The translations under genes and the position numbers were made by a program. From an uncultured Woeseiaceae bacterium (lineage in GTDB: Bacteria; Pseudomonadota; Gammaproteobacteria; Steroidobacterales; Woeseiaceae), in assembly GCA_964568835.1 (NCBI GenBank), contig CAZMRZ010000003.1:35651-99650 (forward strand): 64,000 nucleotides of DNA, in the 5' to 3' direction. Positions within the stretch are counted from its first letter, which is position 1; each line of letters begins with the position of its first letter. Under the pieces are notes generated by a model. The model was given only the letters and a program-made list of their open reading frames with translations. It was not told the origin of the DNA and ran no database searches. This document shows, in pieces, positions 47,281-57,344 of this stretch.

Positions 47281-47871
47281 GCCGTCGCCTTGCAGTCCTC
47301 GCGCCAGAATATCCGGGAACTCCTCGACCAGAACGCGGCCCTGTTCCGGATCCCCGTGGTACCACTTCGGAATCCAGTTAATCGATCCCATGATGGCATT
47401 GCCGGTCATTCGGACGTTGCAGTCGGCGATGCTTCCGTCTTGAATCCCCGCCTGCAAGACGGCTTCGAAGTTCGTGCTGTGACGTCGCGACAACTCCAGA
47501 ACCTCATCCCTGTGATCGGGCTTGAGGGAGGGTATCTCGCTCATTATCGCGATGGGCCCACGATCGCCAACCATCATTTCGATGTGGTAGCGAAAATAGC
47601 GCCGCATCACGTCCATGCCGTTCTGTCCTTCGGAATGCGCCCGATCCAGAGCTTCGCGTCCGAGATCAGCCGCGCGCACGTAACATAGATAAACCAGTTC
47701 TTCTTTATTGCGGACGTAGTAATAGAGCGCAGGGTCGGTCAATCCCAGGACCGCTGCGACGTCGCGAAGAGAGGTTCCGCTATAGCCTTTTTCGTTGAAA
47801 CACTGCGCTGCGGCTTTGAGCATTCGCGCTTTTTGGAGTTGGAATCGTGTTTCTGCGGCTTCCGTTGCCAT
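47269..47871 (-). CDS. TetR/AcrR-family transcriptional regulator
   Basis: N-terminal HTH AAAQCFNEKGYSGTSLRDVAAVLGLTDPALYYYVRNKEEL. Divergent from icmF. Confidence 0.9.
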   Translation of the reverse strand: MATEAAETRFQLQKARMLKAAAQCFNEKGYSGTSLRDVAAVLGLTDPALYYYVRNKEELVYLCYVRAADLGREALDRAHSEGQNGMDVMRRYFRYHIEMMVGDRGPIAIMSEIPSLKPDHRDEVLELSRRHSTNFEAVLQAGIQDGSIADCNVRMTGNAIMGSINWIPKWYHGDPEQGRVLVEEFPDILARGLQGDGSIA

Positions 47872-47936
47872 ATAAAAGGGCTCCTTTTTGTGTCCTACTA
47901 TGCGGCAAGTACTTGAGTTCCAAGTCGATCTGCATT

Positions 47937-47956
47937 ATTTTAATCTAGATTAAAAT
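47937..47956. promoter_or_regulatory. Perfect 20-bp palindrome, candidate TetR operator in the tetR/icmF divergent promoter region
   Basis: ATTTTAATCT|AGATTAAAAT, verified base by base. It lies 66 bp upstream of the TetR start and 44 bp upstream of the icmF ATG. Confidence 0.6.
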
Positions 47957-47999
47957 TATTGCAACCCGCAAAGCTACTGATTTCTAAGGAATTTCGGCA

Positions 48000-50900
48000 A
48001 TGAGCACCGCAGCAAGCGATCTGCCGGGCGTTTCCGGCAAGACACGCGAAGCGCCTTTGCGCTTCGTAACAGCAGCCTCTCTGTTCGACGGTCACGATGC
48101 CGCGATCAACATCATGCGGCGCCTGATACAGGCGCGTGGTGCCGAGGTCGTTCACCTGGGACACAATCGCAGTGTCGACGATGTCGTGCGCGCGGCGATA
48201 CAGGAAGATGCCGATGGCATCGCAATCAGTTCGTATCAGGGAGGGCACAACGAATTCTTCCGATACATGATCGATCGCCTGCGTGAGTCCGGTGCCGGGC
48301 ACATAAAGGTCTTCGGCGGCGGCGGCGGGACGATCACGCCAGAAGAAATCAAAGGTCTGATGGAATACGGCGTTGAGCGTATTTATCACCCTCACGATGG
48401 TATGGAGCTCGGTCTCGAGGCGATGATCGAGGATCTTGTGCAACGCACCGTCAAAGGCAGGCGCAGTTCCGGTGCGCCAAAGAGCGTTGATCGCGCTAAC
48501 ACCACGGATGTCGCGGCGATGATTTCAGCGATCGAGGAGGGCGTATTCGACGCCGCCGAATTGGCAGCCAAACGTAAAGAGTGGAAGGTGCAAGCCGGGC
48601 AGGTTCCGGTTATTGGCATCACCGGTACTGGCGGCGCCGGAAAAAGCAGTGTTACGGACGAAATCCTGAACCGATTTCTGAGCAGTTTCCCAGACAAACG
48701 AGTTGCGGTACTCGCGGTCGATCCGACTCGACGTCGCACGGGTGGGGCATTACTGGGCGATCGCATTCGAATGAATTCACTGCGATCCGAGCGTGTGTAT
48801 ATGCGGTCGATCGCAACGCGACGACAGCATTTGGCGACCAGCGAGATGTTGAGCGATCACATCGGGTTTTTGAAGTCGCTCGGCTTCGATCTTGTGATTG
48901 TGGAGACGGCAGGCATCGGGCAAAGCGACAGCGAAATTGTCGACATGGTGGATTATTCCGTTTACGTCATGACCAGTGAGTATGGCGCGGCCAGCCAGCT
49001 CGAGAAGATCGATATGCTCGATTTCGCTGACCTGATCGTTCTAAACAAGTACGACAAACGTGGCGCCGAAGACGCACTGCGAGATATCCGCAAGCAATGG
49101 AAGCGGAATCACGTGGCATTTGACGTAGCGGATGAAGACATCCCGGTCTTTCCAACCATAGCCAGCCAGTTCAACGATCCTGGAATCAGTTGGATGTTCA
49201 GTGAACTCTGCCGCCGGGTGGTGGAGAAGGCTGGACTGAAAGCGGATGACTGGACGCATGATATTGACACCAGTATCCGCGAGCCGCGTTCGACAGCGAT
49301 GATTCCGGGCGCTCGGGTACGTTATCTGGCCGAGATCGCTGAACAAGGGCGTGACGACAATCGAAGCGCCGATTCTCAGGCGACTATCGCCAGCCGTGCG
49401 CAACACGTTTTCGAATCGCTAAAGCTCGTCGAGGATTCAAAAATTCCGGGCGAACTCGAGCTTTATAAGAGCGAAGACCTGACGGACGGTGATGATCGGA
49501 GTCTTATCGTACTCAGGCAGCGATATCAGGAGGCCGTATCGGATCTGTCGTCAGAGTCGATTCGCTTGCTGCAGGAATGGCCGGCGCGCAAAGCTGGCGT
49601 GAAATCGGATCAGTTCAGCTACACGGTCCGAGGCCGCGAGATTACCGGTAGCAACTATATTGAAAGCCTGAGTCATCAGCAGATCCCCAAGATCGCAGCG
49701 CCGGATTTCACCGACTGGGGTGAGCTACTGAAATTTTTGTCGAAAGAAAACCTTCCCGGCGCATACCCGTATACCGGTGGCGTGTATCCGTATCGTCGTC
49801 TGGGCGAAGATCCGACCCGTATGTTTGCGGGAGAGGGTACGCCGGAACGGACGAATCGCCGCTTCCACTATCTCTCGCAGGGACAACCCACAGCACGCCT
49901 TTCAACGGCATTCGATTCCGTGACCCTGTACGGGGAGGACCCTCACGAGCGTCCCGACATTTATGGCAAGGTCGGCAACTCCGGCGTTTCGATCGCGACC
50001 CTCGACGACATGAAGAAATTGTACTCGGGTTTCGATTTGTGTGCGCCGACAACGTCTGTATCGATGACGATTAATGGGCCTGCGCCAATGATATTGGCGT
50101 TTTTCATGAACACCGCGATCGATCAACAGGTCGAAAAACACCTGCGAGCCAATGGCGAGTGGAGCGCAGCGAAAAAACGTATCGCGGCCTATTTTGAAAC
50201 GCGCGATCGGCCGCACTACGAAGGCGATCTTCCGTCAGGAAACGACGGTCTGGGTCTTGGCCTGCTCGGCGTATCCGGCGACAAAATGGTCGATGCGGAT
50301 ACCTACGCGCGAATCCGCAAGGAAACGCTTGCGACGGTTCGCGGTACGGTGCAAGCCGACATTCTGAAAGAAGATCAGGCGCAAAACACGTGTATCTTCT
50401 CGACCGAATTCGCGATGAAGATGATGGGCGACGTGCAGCAATATTTCATCGAGAACAATGTTCGCAATTACTACTCGATTTCTATCAGCGGATATCACAT
50501 CGCCGAAGCGGGTGCGAACCCGATCAGTCAGCTGGCATTTACGCTCTCCAATGGTTTTACTATCGTCGAGTACTACCTGGCTCGTGGCATGGCTATCGAC
50601 GATTTTGCACCTAACCTGAGCTTCTTCTTTTCGAACGGAATGGACCCGGAGTACTCGGTGATCGGGCGCGTGGCGCGTCGAATCTGGGCGCGTGCTATGC
50701 GAGAACGCTACGGTGCCAGTTCGCGATCGCAAATGATGAAATATCACGTGCAGACATCCGGGCGCAGTCTGCACGCACAGGAAATCAGTTTTAATGACAT
50801 CCGCACGACATTGCAGGCTTTGTATGCGCTGTTCGATAACTGCAACAGTTTGCACACGAATGCGTTTGATGAGGCCGTTACGACGCCGACAGAACAATCG

Positions 50901-51443
50901 GTGCGTCGCGCAGTGGCGATCCAGCTCATCATTTCTCGGGAGCTCGGATTGAATTTTTGTGAAAATCCCTGGCAGGGTTCCTTCATCATCAAGGAGCTGA
51001 CTGATCTCGTCGAAGATGCCGTGTACGACGAGTTTGATCGAATCTCCGAGCGCGGCGGTGTGCTCGGCGCGATGGACACGATGTATCAGCGTGGCAAGAT
51101 TCAGGAAGAGAGCCTCTATTACGAAGGCAAGAAACACGATGCGTCGCTGCCATTAATCGGTGTTAACACGTTCCTGCCAAAAGAAGGTCAGGAAGACGAA
51201 GTGCATGATCTGGAATTGATCCGTTCGACGGAAAGCGAGAAGCAGGATCAGATTAGGCACTTGCGCGGATTTCAGGCAACGCATAGTGAGGACAGTGATG
51301 CCGCCTTGCGCAGTTTGCAAAGCATCGCGAGAGAACGCGGCAACGTTTTCGCTGAGTTAATGGAAACGGTTAAATCCAATTCGCTGAGCCAGATATCCGG
51401 TGCCCTATACGACGTCGGCGGTGAGTATCGACGAAACATGTAA
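48000..51443 (+). CDS. icmF: Fused isobutyryl-CoA mutase (B12-binding domain, MeaB-like G-protein domain, mutase catalytic domain)
   Basis: N-terminal B12 motif [10 protein letters not shown]...GHNRS. P-loop [12 protein letters not shown] with NKYD (MeaB-like). The C-terminal ~600-aa methylmalonyl-CoA-mutase-like barrel includes [17 protein letters not shown]. 1147 aa. Confidence 0.9.
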   Translation: MSTAASDLPGVSGKTREAPLRFVTAASLFDGHDAAINIMRRLIQARGAEVVHLGHNRSVDDVVRAAIQEDADGIAISSYQGGHNEFFRYMIDRLRESGAGHIKVFGGGGGTITPEEIKGLMEYGVERIYHPHDGMELGLEAMIEDLVQRTVKGRRSSGAPKSVDRANTTDVAAMISAIEEGVFDAAELAAKRKEWKVQAGQVPVIGITGTGGAGKSSVTDEILNRFLSSFPDKRVAVLAVDPTRRRTGGALLGDRIRMNSLRSERVYMRSIATRRQHLATSEMLSDHIGFLKSLGFDLVIVETAGIGQSDSEIVDMVDYSVYVMTSEYGAASQLEKIDMLDFADLIVLNKYDKRGAEDALRDIRKQWKRNHVAFDVADEDIPVFPTIASQFNDPGISWMFSELCRRVVEKAGLKADDWTHDIDTSIREPRSTAMIPGARVRYLAEIAEQGRDDNRSADSQATIASRAQHVFESLKLVEDSKIPGELELYKSEDLTDGDDRSLIVLRQRYQEAVSDLSSESIRLLQEWPARKAGVKSDQFSYTVRGREITGSNYIESLSHQQIPKIAAPDFTDWGELLKFLSKENLPGAYPYTGGVYPYRRLGEDPTRMFAGEGTPERTNRRFHYLSQGQPTARLSTAFDSVTLYGEDPHERPDIYGKVGNSGVSIATLDDMKKLYSGFDLCAPTTSVSMTINGPAPMILAFFMNTAIDQQVEKHLRANGEWSAAKKRIAAYFETRDRPHYEGDLPSGNDGLGLGLLGVSGDKMVDADTYARIRKETLATVRGTVQADILKEDQAQNTCIFSTEFAMKMMGDVQQYFIENNVRNYYSISISGYHIAEAGANPISQLAFTLSNGFTIVEYYLARGMAIDDFAPNLSFFFSNGMDPEYSVIGRVARRIWARAMRERYGASSRSQMMKYHVQTSGRSLHAQEISFNDIRTTLQALYALFDNCNSLHTNAFDEAVTTPTEQSVRRAVAIQLIISRELGLNFCENPWQGSFIIKELTDLVEDAVYDEFDRISERGGVLGAMDTMYQRGKIQEESLYYEGKKHDASLPLIGVNTFLPKEGQEDEVHDLELIRSTESEKQDQIRHLRGFQATHSEDSDAALRSLQSIARERGNVFAELMETVKSNSLSQISGALYDVGGEYRRNM

Positions 51444-51466
51444 GGCAGCCACCAGGGAGCAATTGA

Positions 51467-52243
51467 ATGGCAGATACGATTATTTACGAACAACAGGAAG
51501 CGGTTGCGATCATTTCGATAAATCGCCCGGACTCACTCAACGGCTTTACGTCCGAATTGTGCGAGGAGTTACTGTTGGCATTCGAAAAGGCGCAGCGCGA
51601 CGAGTCTGTTCGGGCAGTGGTGCTAACCGCGGAAGGGCGTGCGTTTAGTGCCGGCGCAGATCTCAAGCAGGGATTTGTCGGTGACCGGACGACGCAGGGA
51701 AAATTGTTATTCGAGTACGCGCCCGTATTAATAGCGATCGCGGAAATACCAAAACCAGTCATTGCGGCCGTCCCGGGTTTCGCGGCAGGAATAGGCATGT
51801 CGTTCGCAATGCACTGCGATTTGCTGGTAATGGCGGAGGGTTCTTTCCTGTTGTCACCATTCACCACGATCTCGTTGCTGCCCGATGGTGGCGCGAACTG
51901 GCTGCTCGTTAAACAACTGGGTTATCACCGCGCCTATCAGCTCAGCATCGAGTCTGAGCGTGTCACTGCCGAGCGGTGTCTCGACCTCGGTATCGCAAAC
52001 AAAGTCGTCCCGGCCGATACGCTACGCGATGCATCCGTGGCATGGGCGAAGGAGCTGACAGAACGCGCACCGTTGTCGCTTGCCGCGACGAAGAAAGTGA
52101 TGCGGCATGCGATGGATAACGACTGGTACAGCTGCTTCAAGATGGAAGCAGAAGAACAGGAAAAACTGAGAGACTCGGATGACGCTAAAGAAGGCGTCGC
52201 AGCATTCTTCGAGAAACGTGCAGCGAAATTTACGGGTCAATAG
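51467..52243 (+). CDS. Enoyl-CoA hydratase/isomerase family protein
   Basis: NRPDSLNGF, FSAGADL and AAVPGFAAGIGMSFAMHCDL crotonase motifs. Confidence 0.85.
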   Translation: MADTIIYEQQEAVAIISINRPDSLNGFTSELCEELLLAFEKAQRDESVRAVVLTAEGRAFSAGADLKQGFVGDRTTQGKLLFEYAPVLIAIAEIPKPVIAAVPGFAAGIGMSFAMHCDLLVMAEGSFLLSPFTTISLLPDGGANWLLVKQLGYHRAYQLSIESERVTAERCLDLGIANKVVPADTLRDASVAWAKELTERAPLSLAATKKVMRHAMDNDWYSCFKMEAEEQEKLRDSDDAKEGVAAFFEKRAAKFTGQ

Positions 52244-52262
52244 ATCCACTAAAGAGACAACA

Positions 52263-53435
52263 ATGGACCGAAATATTTTTGAGGATGAGCACGAGATGTT
52301 CCGCGACGCGGCTCGAAGCTTCTACAAGAACGAAGTGTTACCGCATGGCGAGCGCTGGCGTGAACAGGGCATCGTCGATCGCGAGGCCTTTCTGAAAGCG
52401 GGCGAACAGGGAATGCTGTTGATGTGGGCCGATGAAAAGTATGGCGGCTCGGGCGTTCACGATTTTCGTTATGAGCAGATCCTGATTGAGGAAATTGCCA
52501 AGTACGGCGAACCGGGGTTCTTTATGACCTTGCACAGCCGCTTGGCCGGCCCGTATATCGGCGAGTTGGGCACTGACGAACAAAAGGAGCGCTGGTTGCC
52601 GAAGTGTGTTTCGGGAGAAACTATTCTGGCAGTGGCCATCACTGAGGCTGGGGCCGGTAGTGATGTTTCGGGTGTTCGCACCAAGGCCGAGGATAAAGGC
52701 GATCACTATTTACTGAACGGCTCGAAGACCTTCATATCCAATGGCATCCTGGCGGATCTCGTCGTTGTAGTGGCGCGTACGGATAGCAGCCGTCACGGCT
52801 TGAGCCTTTTTGTTGTTGAGCGCGGCATGGAAGGATTTGAGCGGGGTAAGAACCTCAAGAAAATGGGCATGAAGAGTCAGGACACCGCCGAGATGTTTTT
52901 CAATAACGTCAAAGTACCGAAGGAAAACCTGCTGGGTGAGTGGAATCGAGGCTTTTACCAACTGATGCACTTCCTGGCTGAAGAGCGGCTGTTAGGTGCG
53001 TGCCAATATCTCGCCAATGCCGAGGCGGCCTTTGACGCAACGATCGAGTACACGCAGGAACGCAAAGCATTTGGTAAAACGATCGCCGACTTTCAGAATA
53101 CGCGCTTCAAGCTTGCGGATATGCGAACAGAAATAGATATCGCACAGGCGTTCGTCGATCGCTGTGTCATGGATCACAACGAGGGGAAACTGAGCGCGGA
53201 AGACGCGGCGAAAGGCAAGCTGTTCTGTAGCGAACTGGAAGCCCGTGTGACGGATGAATGCGTGCAGTTGCACGGTGGCAACGGGTATATGGATGAATAC
53301 CCGGTCAGTCGCATGTACACGAACGCGCGCGTCTCACGAATTTACGCGGGTAGTTCCGAGATCATGCGAGAAATCATCGCTCGTTCTTTAGGCCTGGATC
53401 CTCGTAAGAAGAACAAGTCGGACAAGGCAGCCTGA
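52263..53435 (+). CDS. Acyl-CoA dehydrogenase (short/branched-chain type by context)
   Basis: ATG 52263 (MDRNIFEDEHEMFRD...). AITEAGAGSDVSG, LNGSKTFISNG, QLHGGNGYMDEYPVSRMY and YAGSSEIMREII motifs. Confidence 0.88.
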   Translation: MDRNIFEDEHEMFRDAARSFYKNEVLPHGERWREQGIVDREAFLKAGEQGMLLMWADEKYGGSGVHDFRYEQILIEEIAKYGEPGFFMTLHSRLAGPYIGELGTDEQKERWLPKCVSGETILAVAITEAGAGSDVSGVRTKAEDKGDHYLLNGSKTFISNGILADLVVVVARTDSSRHGLSLFVVERGMEGFERGKNLKKMGMKSQDTAEMFFNNVKVPKENLLGEWNRGFYQLMHFLAEERLLGACQYLANAEAAFDATIEYTQERKAFGKTIADFQNTRFKLADMRTEIDIAQAFVDRCVMDHNEGKLSAEDAAKGKLFCSELEARVTDECVQLHGGNGYMDEYPVSRMYTNARVSRIYAGSSEIMREIIARSLGLDPRKKNKSDKAA

Positions 53436-53437
53436 GC

Positions 53438-54298
53438 ATGCGCGTTGCCTTCGTCGGTCTGGGTGTCATGGGCTATCCCATGGCAGGGTACCTGGCTAAG
53501 AACGGCCACGACCTGACCGTCTATAACCGCACTCAATCGAAGGCGAATGCCTGGTGTAAGGAGTTTGGCGGTCAGTCGGCGCCAACGCCGGCCGATGCGG
53601 CAGGGGATGCAGAGTTCGTATTCTCTTGCGTGGGCAACGATGATGATGTTCGCGAAGTTTTATTGGGCGCGGGCGGTGTGCTGGGCGCGATTGCGGCTGG
53701 TTCGATTTTGGTCGATCACACGACGGCATCGGCGAGCATTGCCCGGGAGATTGCGGAGTCTGCAAGCGCCAAGGGTATCGGTTTTCTGGATGCGCCCGTA
53801 TCCGGTGGTCAGGCGGGTGCCGAGAGTGGCCAGCTAACAATCATGGCTGGCGGCGAAGCAGATGTTTTCAAACGCGCAGCGAAGGTTATGGATTGCTACG
53901 CGAAAGCGATAACGCATATCGGACCGGCCGGCGCAGGGCAGCTGGCAAAGATGGTTAACCAGATCTGCATTGCCGGGGTCGTACAGGGATTGGCAGAGGG
54001 GCTGCACTTTGCGAAAAAAGCAGGCCTCGATCCGTCCGTGGTCATAGAGTCGATATCGAAAGGCGCTGCGCAGTCGTGGCAAATGGAGAATCGATGGCAG
54101 ACGATGGTCAACGACGAATTCGAATTCGGATTTGCCGTTGACTGGATGCGCAAGGATCTGGCCATTGCGCTTGATGAGGCGGGTAAGAACGGCGCGATGT
54201 TGGAACTGACTCAGCGGGTCGATCAGTTTTATGCAGAAATTCAGGATCTCGGCGGCAATCGCTGGGATACGTCTAGCTTGATTGCCAGATTGAAGTAA
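53438..54298 (+). CDS. mmsB: 3-hydroxyisobutyrate dehydrogenase family NAD(P)-dependent oxidoreductase
   Basis: MRVAFVGLGVMGYPMAGYL Rossmann N-terminus, DAPVSGG, and a GAGQLAKMVNQ motif. The symbol rests on context (acyl-CoA dehydrogenase plus hydratase upstream). Confidence 0.8.
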   Translation: MRVAFVGLGVMGYPMAGYLAKNGHDLTVYNRTQSKANAWCKEFGGQSAPTPADAAGDAEFVFSCVGNDDDVREVLLGAGGVLGAIAAGSILVDHTTASASIAREIAESASAKGIGFLDAPVSGGQAGAESGQLTIMAGGEADVFKRAAKVMDCYAKAITHIGPAGAGQLAKMVNQICIAGVVQGLAEGLHFAKKAGLDPSVVIESISKGAAQSWQMENRWQTMVNDEFEFGFAVDWMRKDLAIALDEAGKNGAMLELTQRVDQFYAEIQDLGGNRWDTSSLIARLK

Positions 54299-54324
54299 AC
54301 TATCGCCTGAATAGATTCTTCGAA

Positions 54325-54405
54325 TCACAGGGGTGGCCGGCTGGCCTGAGACTCGCGACGAGAACCCTTAGAACCTGATCCGGTTAATGCCGGCGTAGGA
54401 AGGGA
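54325..54405 (+). promoter_or_regulatory. TPP (THI-box) riboswitch
   Basis: CACAGGGGUGGCCGGCUGGCCUGAGA...ACCCUUAGAACCUGAUCCGGUUAAUGCCGGCGUAGGAAGGGA contains the invariant GGGGUG, CUGAGA, ACCC, ACCUGAUC-GGnUAAUnCC-GCGUAGG elements. The 3' end overlaps the SD of the receptor gene (ATG 54409). Confidence 0.9.
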
Positions 54406-54408
54406 AAT

Positions 54409-56445
54409 ATGTTTCAAAACGATATCACGCGGCTATGTGCTGCTCTCCTTTTTTTGCCCCTCTTCGCGATCGCGGAGGAGTCGATTGACGAAATCACAGT
54501 CACCGCGGACTTCCGCGGGCGCGCCTTGTCTGATGTTCCCTTCAGCGTGAGTGTCATGGGTGCCGAGTTCGTCGACGAGGCGGCCGTTCAACACTTCGAG
54601 GAACTGATCAATATGGTTCCCAATATGAACTGGTCGGGCGATGGTCACCGAGCGCGTTACTTCCAGATTCGTGGAGTCGGAGAACTGGAGCAGTATCAGG
54701 GTGCGCCGAACCCCTCGATAGGCTTCCTGATCGACGATATCGACTTCAGCGGTATTGGCACGGTCGCCACGCTGTTCGATATTCAGTCTGTCGAAGTGTT
54801 GCGCGGCCCACAGGGCAGTCGCTACGGCGCCAACGCTTTGGGCGGCCTGATTTACCTGCGCTCAACGCCGCCAAGCGCGGAGCGCAATGGGCGCTTTCAA
54901 ATAACGTCGGGCGATGACGACGCGTTGTCAGTGGGTGCCGCGTTCGGCGGCGCTTTGAATAAGTCCGAATCAGCGGTTTTCCGGGTGAGTGCCCAAAAGC
55001 ACGAGAGCAATGGTTTTCGCGACAACCCCTTTTTGAATAGAGACGATACGAACGGTCGTGATGAAACCTCGCTGCGCGGTCGAGTGCAATTCTCACCATC
55101 GGCTAATGTTGCAGCAGACGTGTCCGTTCTGTACGCGAAGATCGACAATGGCTATGACGCGTTCTCTCTGGATAACAGTTACACGATGCTGTCCGACAAA
55201 CCCGGAAGAGATGCTCAGGAAAGTATTGGGTCTGCCGTACGGCTTGAGTGGCCAGCCTCTGATCGATTGACAGCGACGTCGATAAGCACATTCGCAAACT
55301 CAGAAATAGATTTCAGCTTTGACGCTGACTGGGGCAACGATGAAAGCTGGGCGCCGGTGACCTACGACTACACCTCAGTCAACGACCGAAGCCGACAGAC
55401 AATCAGTCAGGAGTTTCGGCTGGTCTCGGAGCATTGGCTGCTAGGTCTGTACGCGCTCAAGCTGGAGGAAGAAATCGTGACAACAAATCTTGGCGAGTAC
55501 TACGATCCGTTTTATGACTTTGCAGACAGCCTGGATGACAGTTTCAGCAGTGATTATGAAGCGACCAACGTTGCCGCCTTCGGCCAATACGATTACAGCT
55601 TGCGACCGACGACGCAGATTTCCGGCGGACTGCGAATTGAGCACCGTTCGACGGACTACGTCGACTCCGAAGGTCTAACGGCCGGGCCGTCCGAGACCAT
55701 GTGGGGCGGCGAGCTCAGTATCAGTCAAGAGCTTGAGGCTGCAACGATCTATTTGAGTCTGTCGAAAGGCTATAAAGCCGGTGGATTCAATTTGGGCGTC
55801 GCCCCCGCGGGGAAACGCGATTTCGGCACAGAGGAGATGTGGACACTCGAGGCTGGTGCGAAGTTCGCGTTGTTGGATAATCTACTGCAGTTGAATACAG
55901 CGGTCTTTCACAATCGCCGACGTAACCAACAAGTTCGAGCGTCGACCCAACTCACTCCGGGCGACCCCGCTTCGTTTATCATCTTCACGGACAATGTCGG
56001 AGAGGGAGAGGCGCTGGGCGTTGAAGCGGACTTTCGCTGGTTTCCGGCCGAAAACTGGGAGCTCTACGGGGCAGTGGGGCTGATAGACGCGACACTGGAG
56101 AGCGGTCGTGAACTGGCACACGCGCCACCATTCACCCTGGCAGCAGGCGTCGCGTACCGCAATCCGAACGGGTTTTTCGCAAGACTCGATTCGACCGCGA
56201 AAGACGCTTTCTACTTTGATGTCAGTCACGATCAGAAGTCCGAACCCTTCGAGTTGTTCAATGCCCGAGTCGGTTTTGAAGCTGAAAACTGGCTCGTGTC
56301 ACTATGGGCGCGAAACATCGCGGATGAACAGTACGCGGTTCGTGGTTTTTACTTCGGAAACGAACCGCCCGATTTTCCCAATACGCTGTACACGAGGTCT
56401 GGCGACCCGCGCCAGATGGGTGTCACTCTCGAAAGGAGTTTTTAA
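54409..56445 (+). CDS. TonB-dependent outer-membrane receptor (thiamine-related by riboswitch context)
   Basis: Signal peptide, a plug region (ITVTADFRGRALSDVPFSVSV..., VEVLRGPQGSRYGANALGGLI), a long beta-barrel, and a C-terminal ...GVTLERSF with terminal Phe. Confidence 0.9.
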   Translation: MFQNDITRLCAALLFLPLFAIAEESIDEITVTADFRGRALSDVPFSVSVMGAEFVDEAAVQHFEELINMVPNMNWSGDGHRARYFQIRGVGELEQYQGAPNPSIGFLIDDIDFSGIGTVATLFDIQSVEVLRGPQGSRYGANALGGLIYLRSTPPSAERNGRFQITSGDDDALSVGAAFGGALNKSESAVFRVSAQKHESNGFRDNPFLNRDDTNGRDETSLRGRVQFSPSANVAADVSVLYAKIDNGYDAFSLDNSYTMLSDKPGRDAQESIGSAVRLEWPASDRLTATSISTFANSEIDFSFDADWGNDESWAPVTYDYTSVNDRSRQTISQEFRLVSEHWLLGLYALKLEEEIVTTNLGEYYDPFYDFADSLDDSFSSDYEATNVAAFGQYDYSLRPTTQISGGLRIEHRSTDYVDSEGLTAGPSETMWGGELSISQELEAATIYLSLSKGYKAGGFNLGVAPAGKRDFGTEEMWTLEAGAKFALLDNLLQLNTAVFHNRRRNQQVRASTQLTPGDPASFIIFTDNVGEGEALGVEADFRWFPAENWELYGAVGLIDATLESGRELAHAPPFTLAAGVAYRNPNGFFARLDSTAKDAFYFDVSHDQKSEPFELFNARVGFEAENWLVSLWARNIADEQYAVRGFYFGNEPPDFPNTLYTRSGDPRQMGVTLERSF

Positions 56446-56448
56446 GCT

Positions 56449-56694
56449 ATGCAAGTCGCAGTCGATATTAGTCTCTACCCTCTGGATGCAGATTTTATTC
56501 CGCCGATCAAAAACGTCATCGCTCGTTTGGCGAATCATGATGGAGTAGAGATCGAATACAACCGAATGAGTACGCAGCTTCGTGGCGAGTTTGACGTCGT
56601 GATGACCGCGCTTACAGAAGAACTCCGTACGACATTCGAAAATGTGCCCAAGGCCGTCTTTGCCATCAAGATTCTGAACAACCCTGTCAATTGA
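56449..56694 (+). CDS. YkoF/MTH1187-family small thiamine-binding-like protein
   Basis: 81 aa. The MQVAVDISLYPLDADFIPPIKNVI...YNRMSTQLRGEFDEV-type pattern fits this family. It lies 3 nt after the receptor gene. Confidence 0.6.
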   Translation: MQVAVDISLYPLDADFIPPIKNVIARLANHDGVEIEYNRMSTQLRGEFDVVMTALTEELRTTFENVPKAVFAIKILNNPVN

Positions 56695-57329
56695 GTCTGC
56701 TGACAGAAATCGTTCAGCAGGCGCAAGCACAGTCCATGCTTGAAGTTGTTGCTGTACTCGCGGCGATTGCTTACCTGGGTCTTGCGATTCGTCAGAATAT
56801 CTACTGTTGGTTATTCGCGGCGATTAGTACGGCGATCTATGTCTGGCTATTCATTGAGGCCAGGCTTTACATGGAGTCGGTGCTCAACGTCTTCTACCTG
56901 CTTATGGCCGCTTACGGTTGGTACGTGTGGCGTTCCGGTCGCAGCGAGGGTCACGACAAACCTGTCGTGAAGTGGCCGTTGAAGACTCATTCGATCGCAA
57001 TCGTCGCGCTTGTCTTGCTGGCGTTAATCAATGGCTACCTGCTCACTGAATTCAGTGATGCTGCATTCCCATATATGGACTCGATGACGACCTGGTTCGC
57101 GATTTGGGCGACCTTCCTGGTCGCTCGTAAGGTGCTGGAAAACTGGTGGTACTGGCTGTTGATCGATGGCGCGAGCATTTTCATTTATTGGCATCGCGAT
57201 TTGCAGCTGACGAGTTTGTTGTTCGTCGTCTACGTCATCATGATCCCGTTTGGTCTGGCCAGCTGGTCGCGCTCGATGCGCAGCGATATAAGGTCACTGT
57301 CACCCTATATCGAGGAGGATATAAGGTGA
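56691..57329 (+). CDS. PnuC-family transporter (PnuT-type, thiamine-related by context)
   Basis: The TTG overlaps the upstream stop (TTGA). 7-TM protein with QNIYCW, the W-rich WFAIWATFLVARK, and WWYWLLIDGASIFIYW motifs typical of PnuC. Confidence 0.8.
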   Translation: MSLLTEIVQQAQAQSMLEVVAVLAAIAYLGLAIRQNIYCWLFAAISTAIYVWLFIEARLYMESVLNVFYLLMAAYGWYVWRSGRSEGHDKPVVKWPLKTHSIAIVALVLLALINGYLLTEFSDAAFPYMDSMTTWFAIWATFLVARKVLENWWYWLLIDGASIFIYWHRDLQLTSLLFVVYVIMIPFGLASWSRSMRSDIRSLSPYIEEDIR

Positions 57330-57344
57330 CAGTGACCTTATATC
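57285..57344. repeat. Inverted repeat: two 27-nt arms (26/27 complementary) separated by the 6-nt loop GAGGAG, spanning the pnuC-family stop and kinase start
   Basis: Arm A is 57285..57311 gatataaggtcactgtcaccctatatc. Arm B is 57318..57344 gatataaggtgacagtgaccttatatc. The reverse complement of A differs from B at one base. Start GTG 57326..57328 and stop TGA 57327..57329 both lie in arm B. Confidence 0.9.

Noticed and set aside
57146-57325. An upstream 60-codon extension of the kinase ORF, and the antisense ORF 57238..57462, both containing YKVTVTLY.
   Set aside because: The extension lies wholly inside the PnuC-family gene in another frame. The duplicated peptide is a by-product of the 27-nt inverted repeat. 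GTG 57326 with the GAGGAG SD is the credible start.
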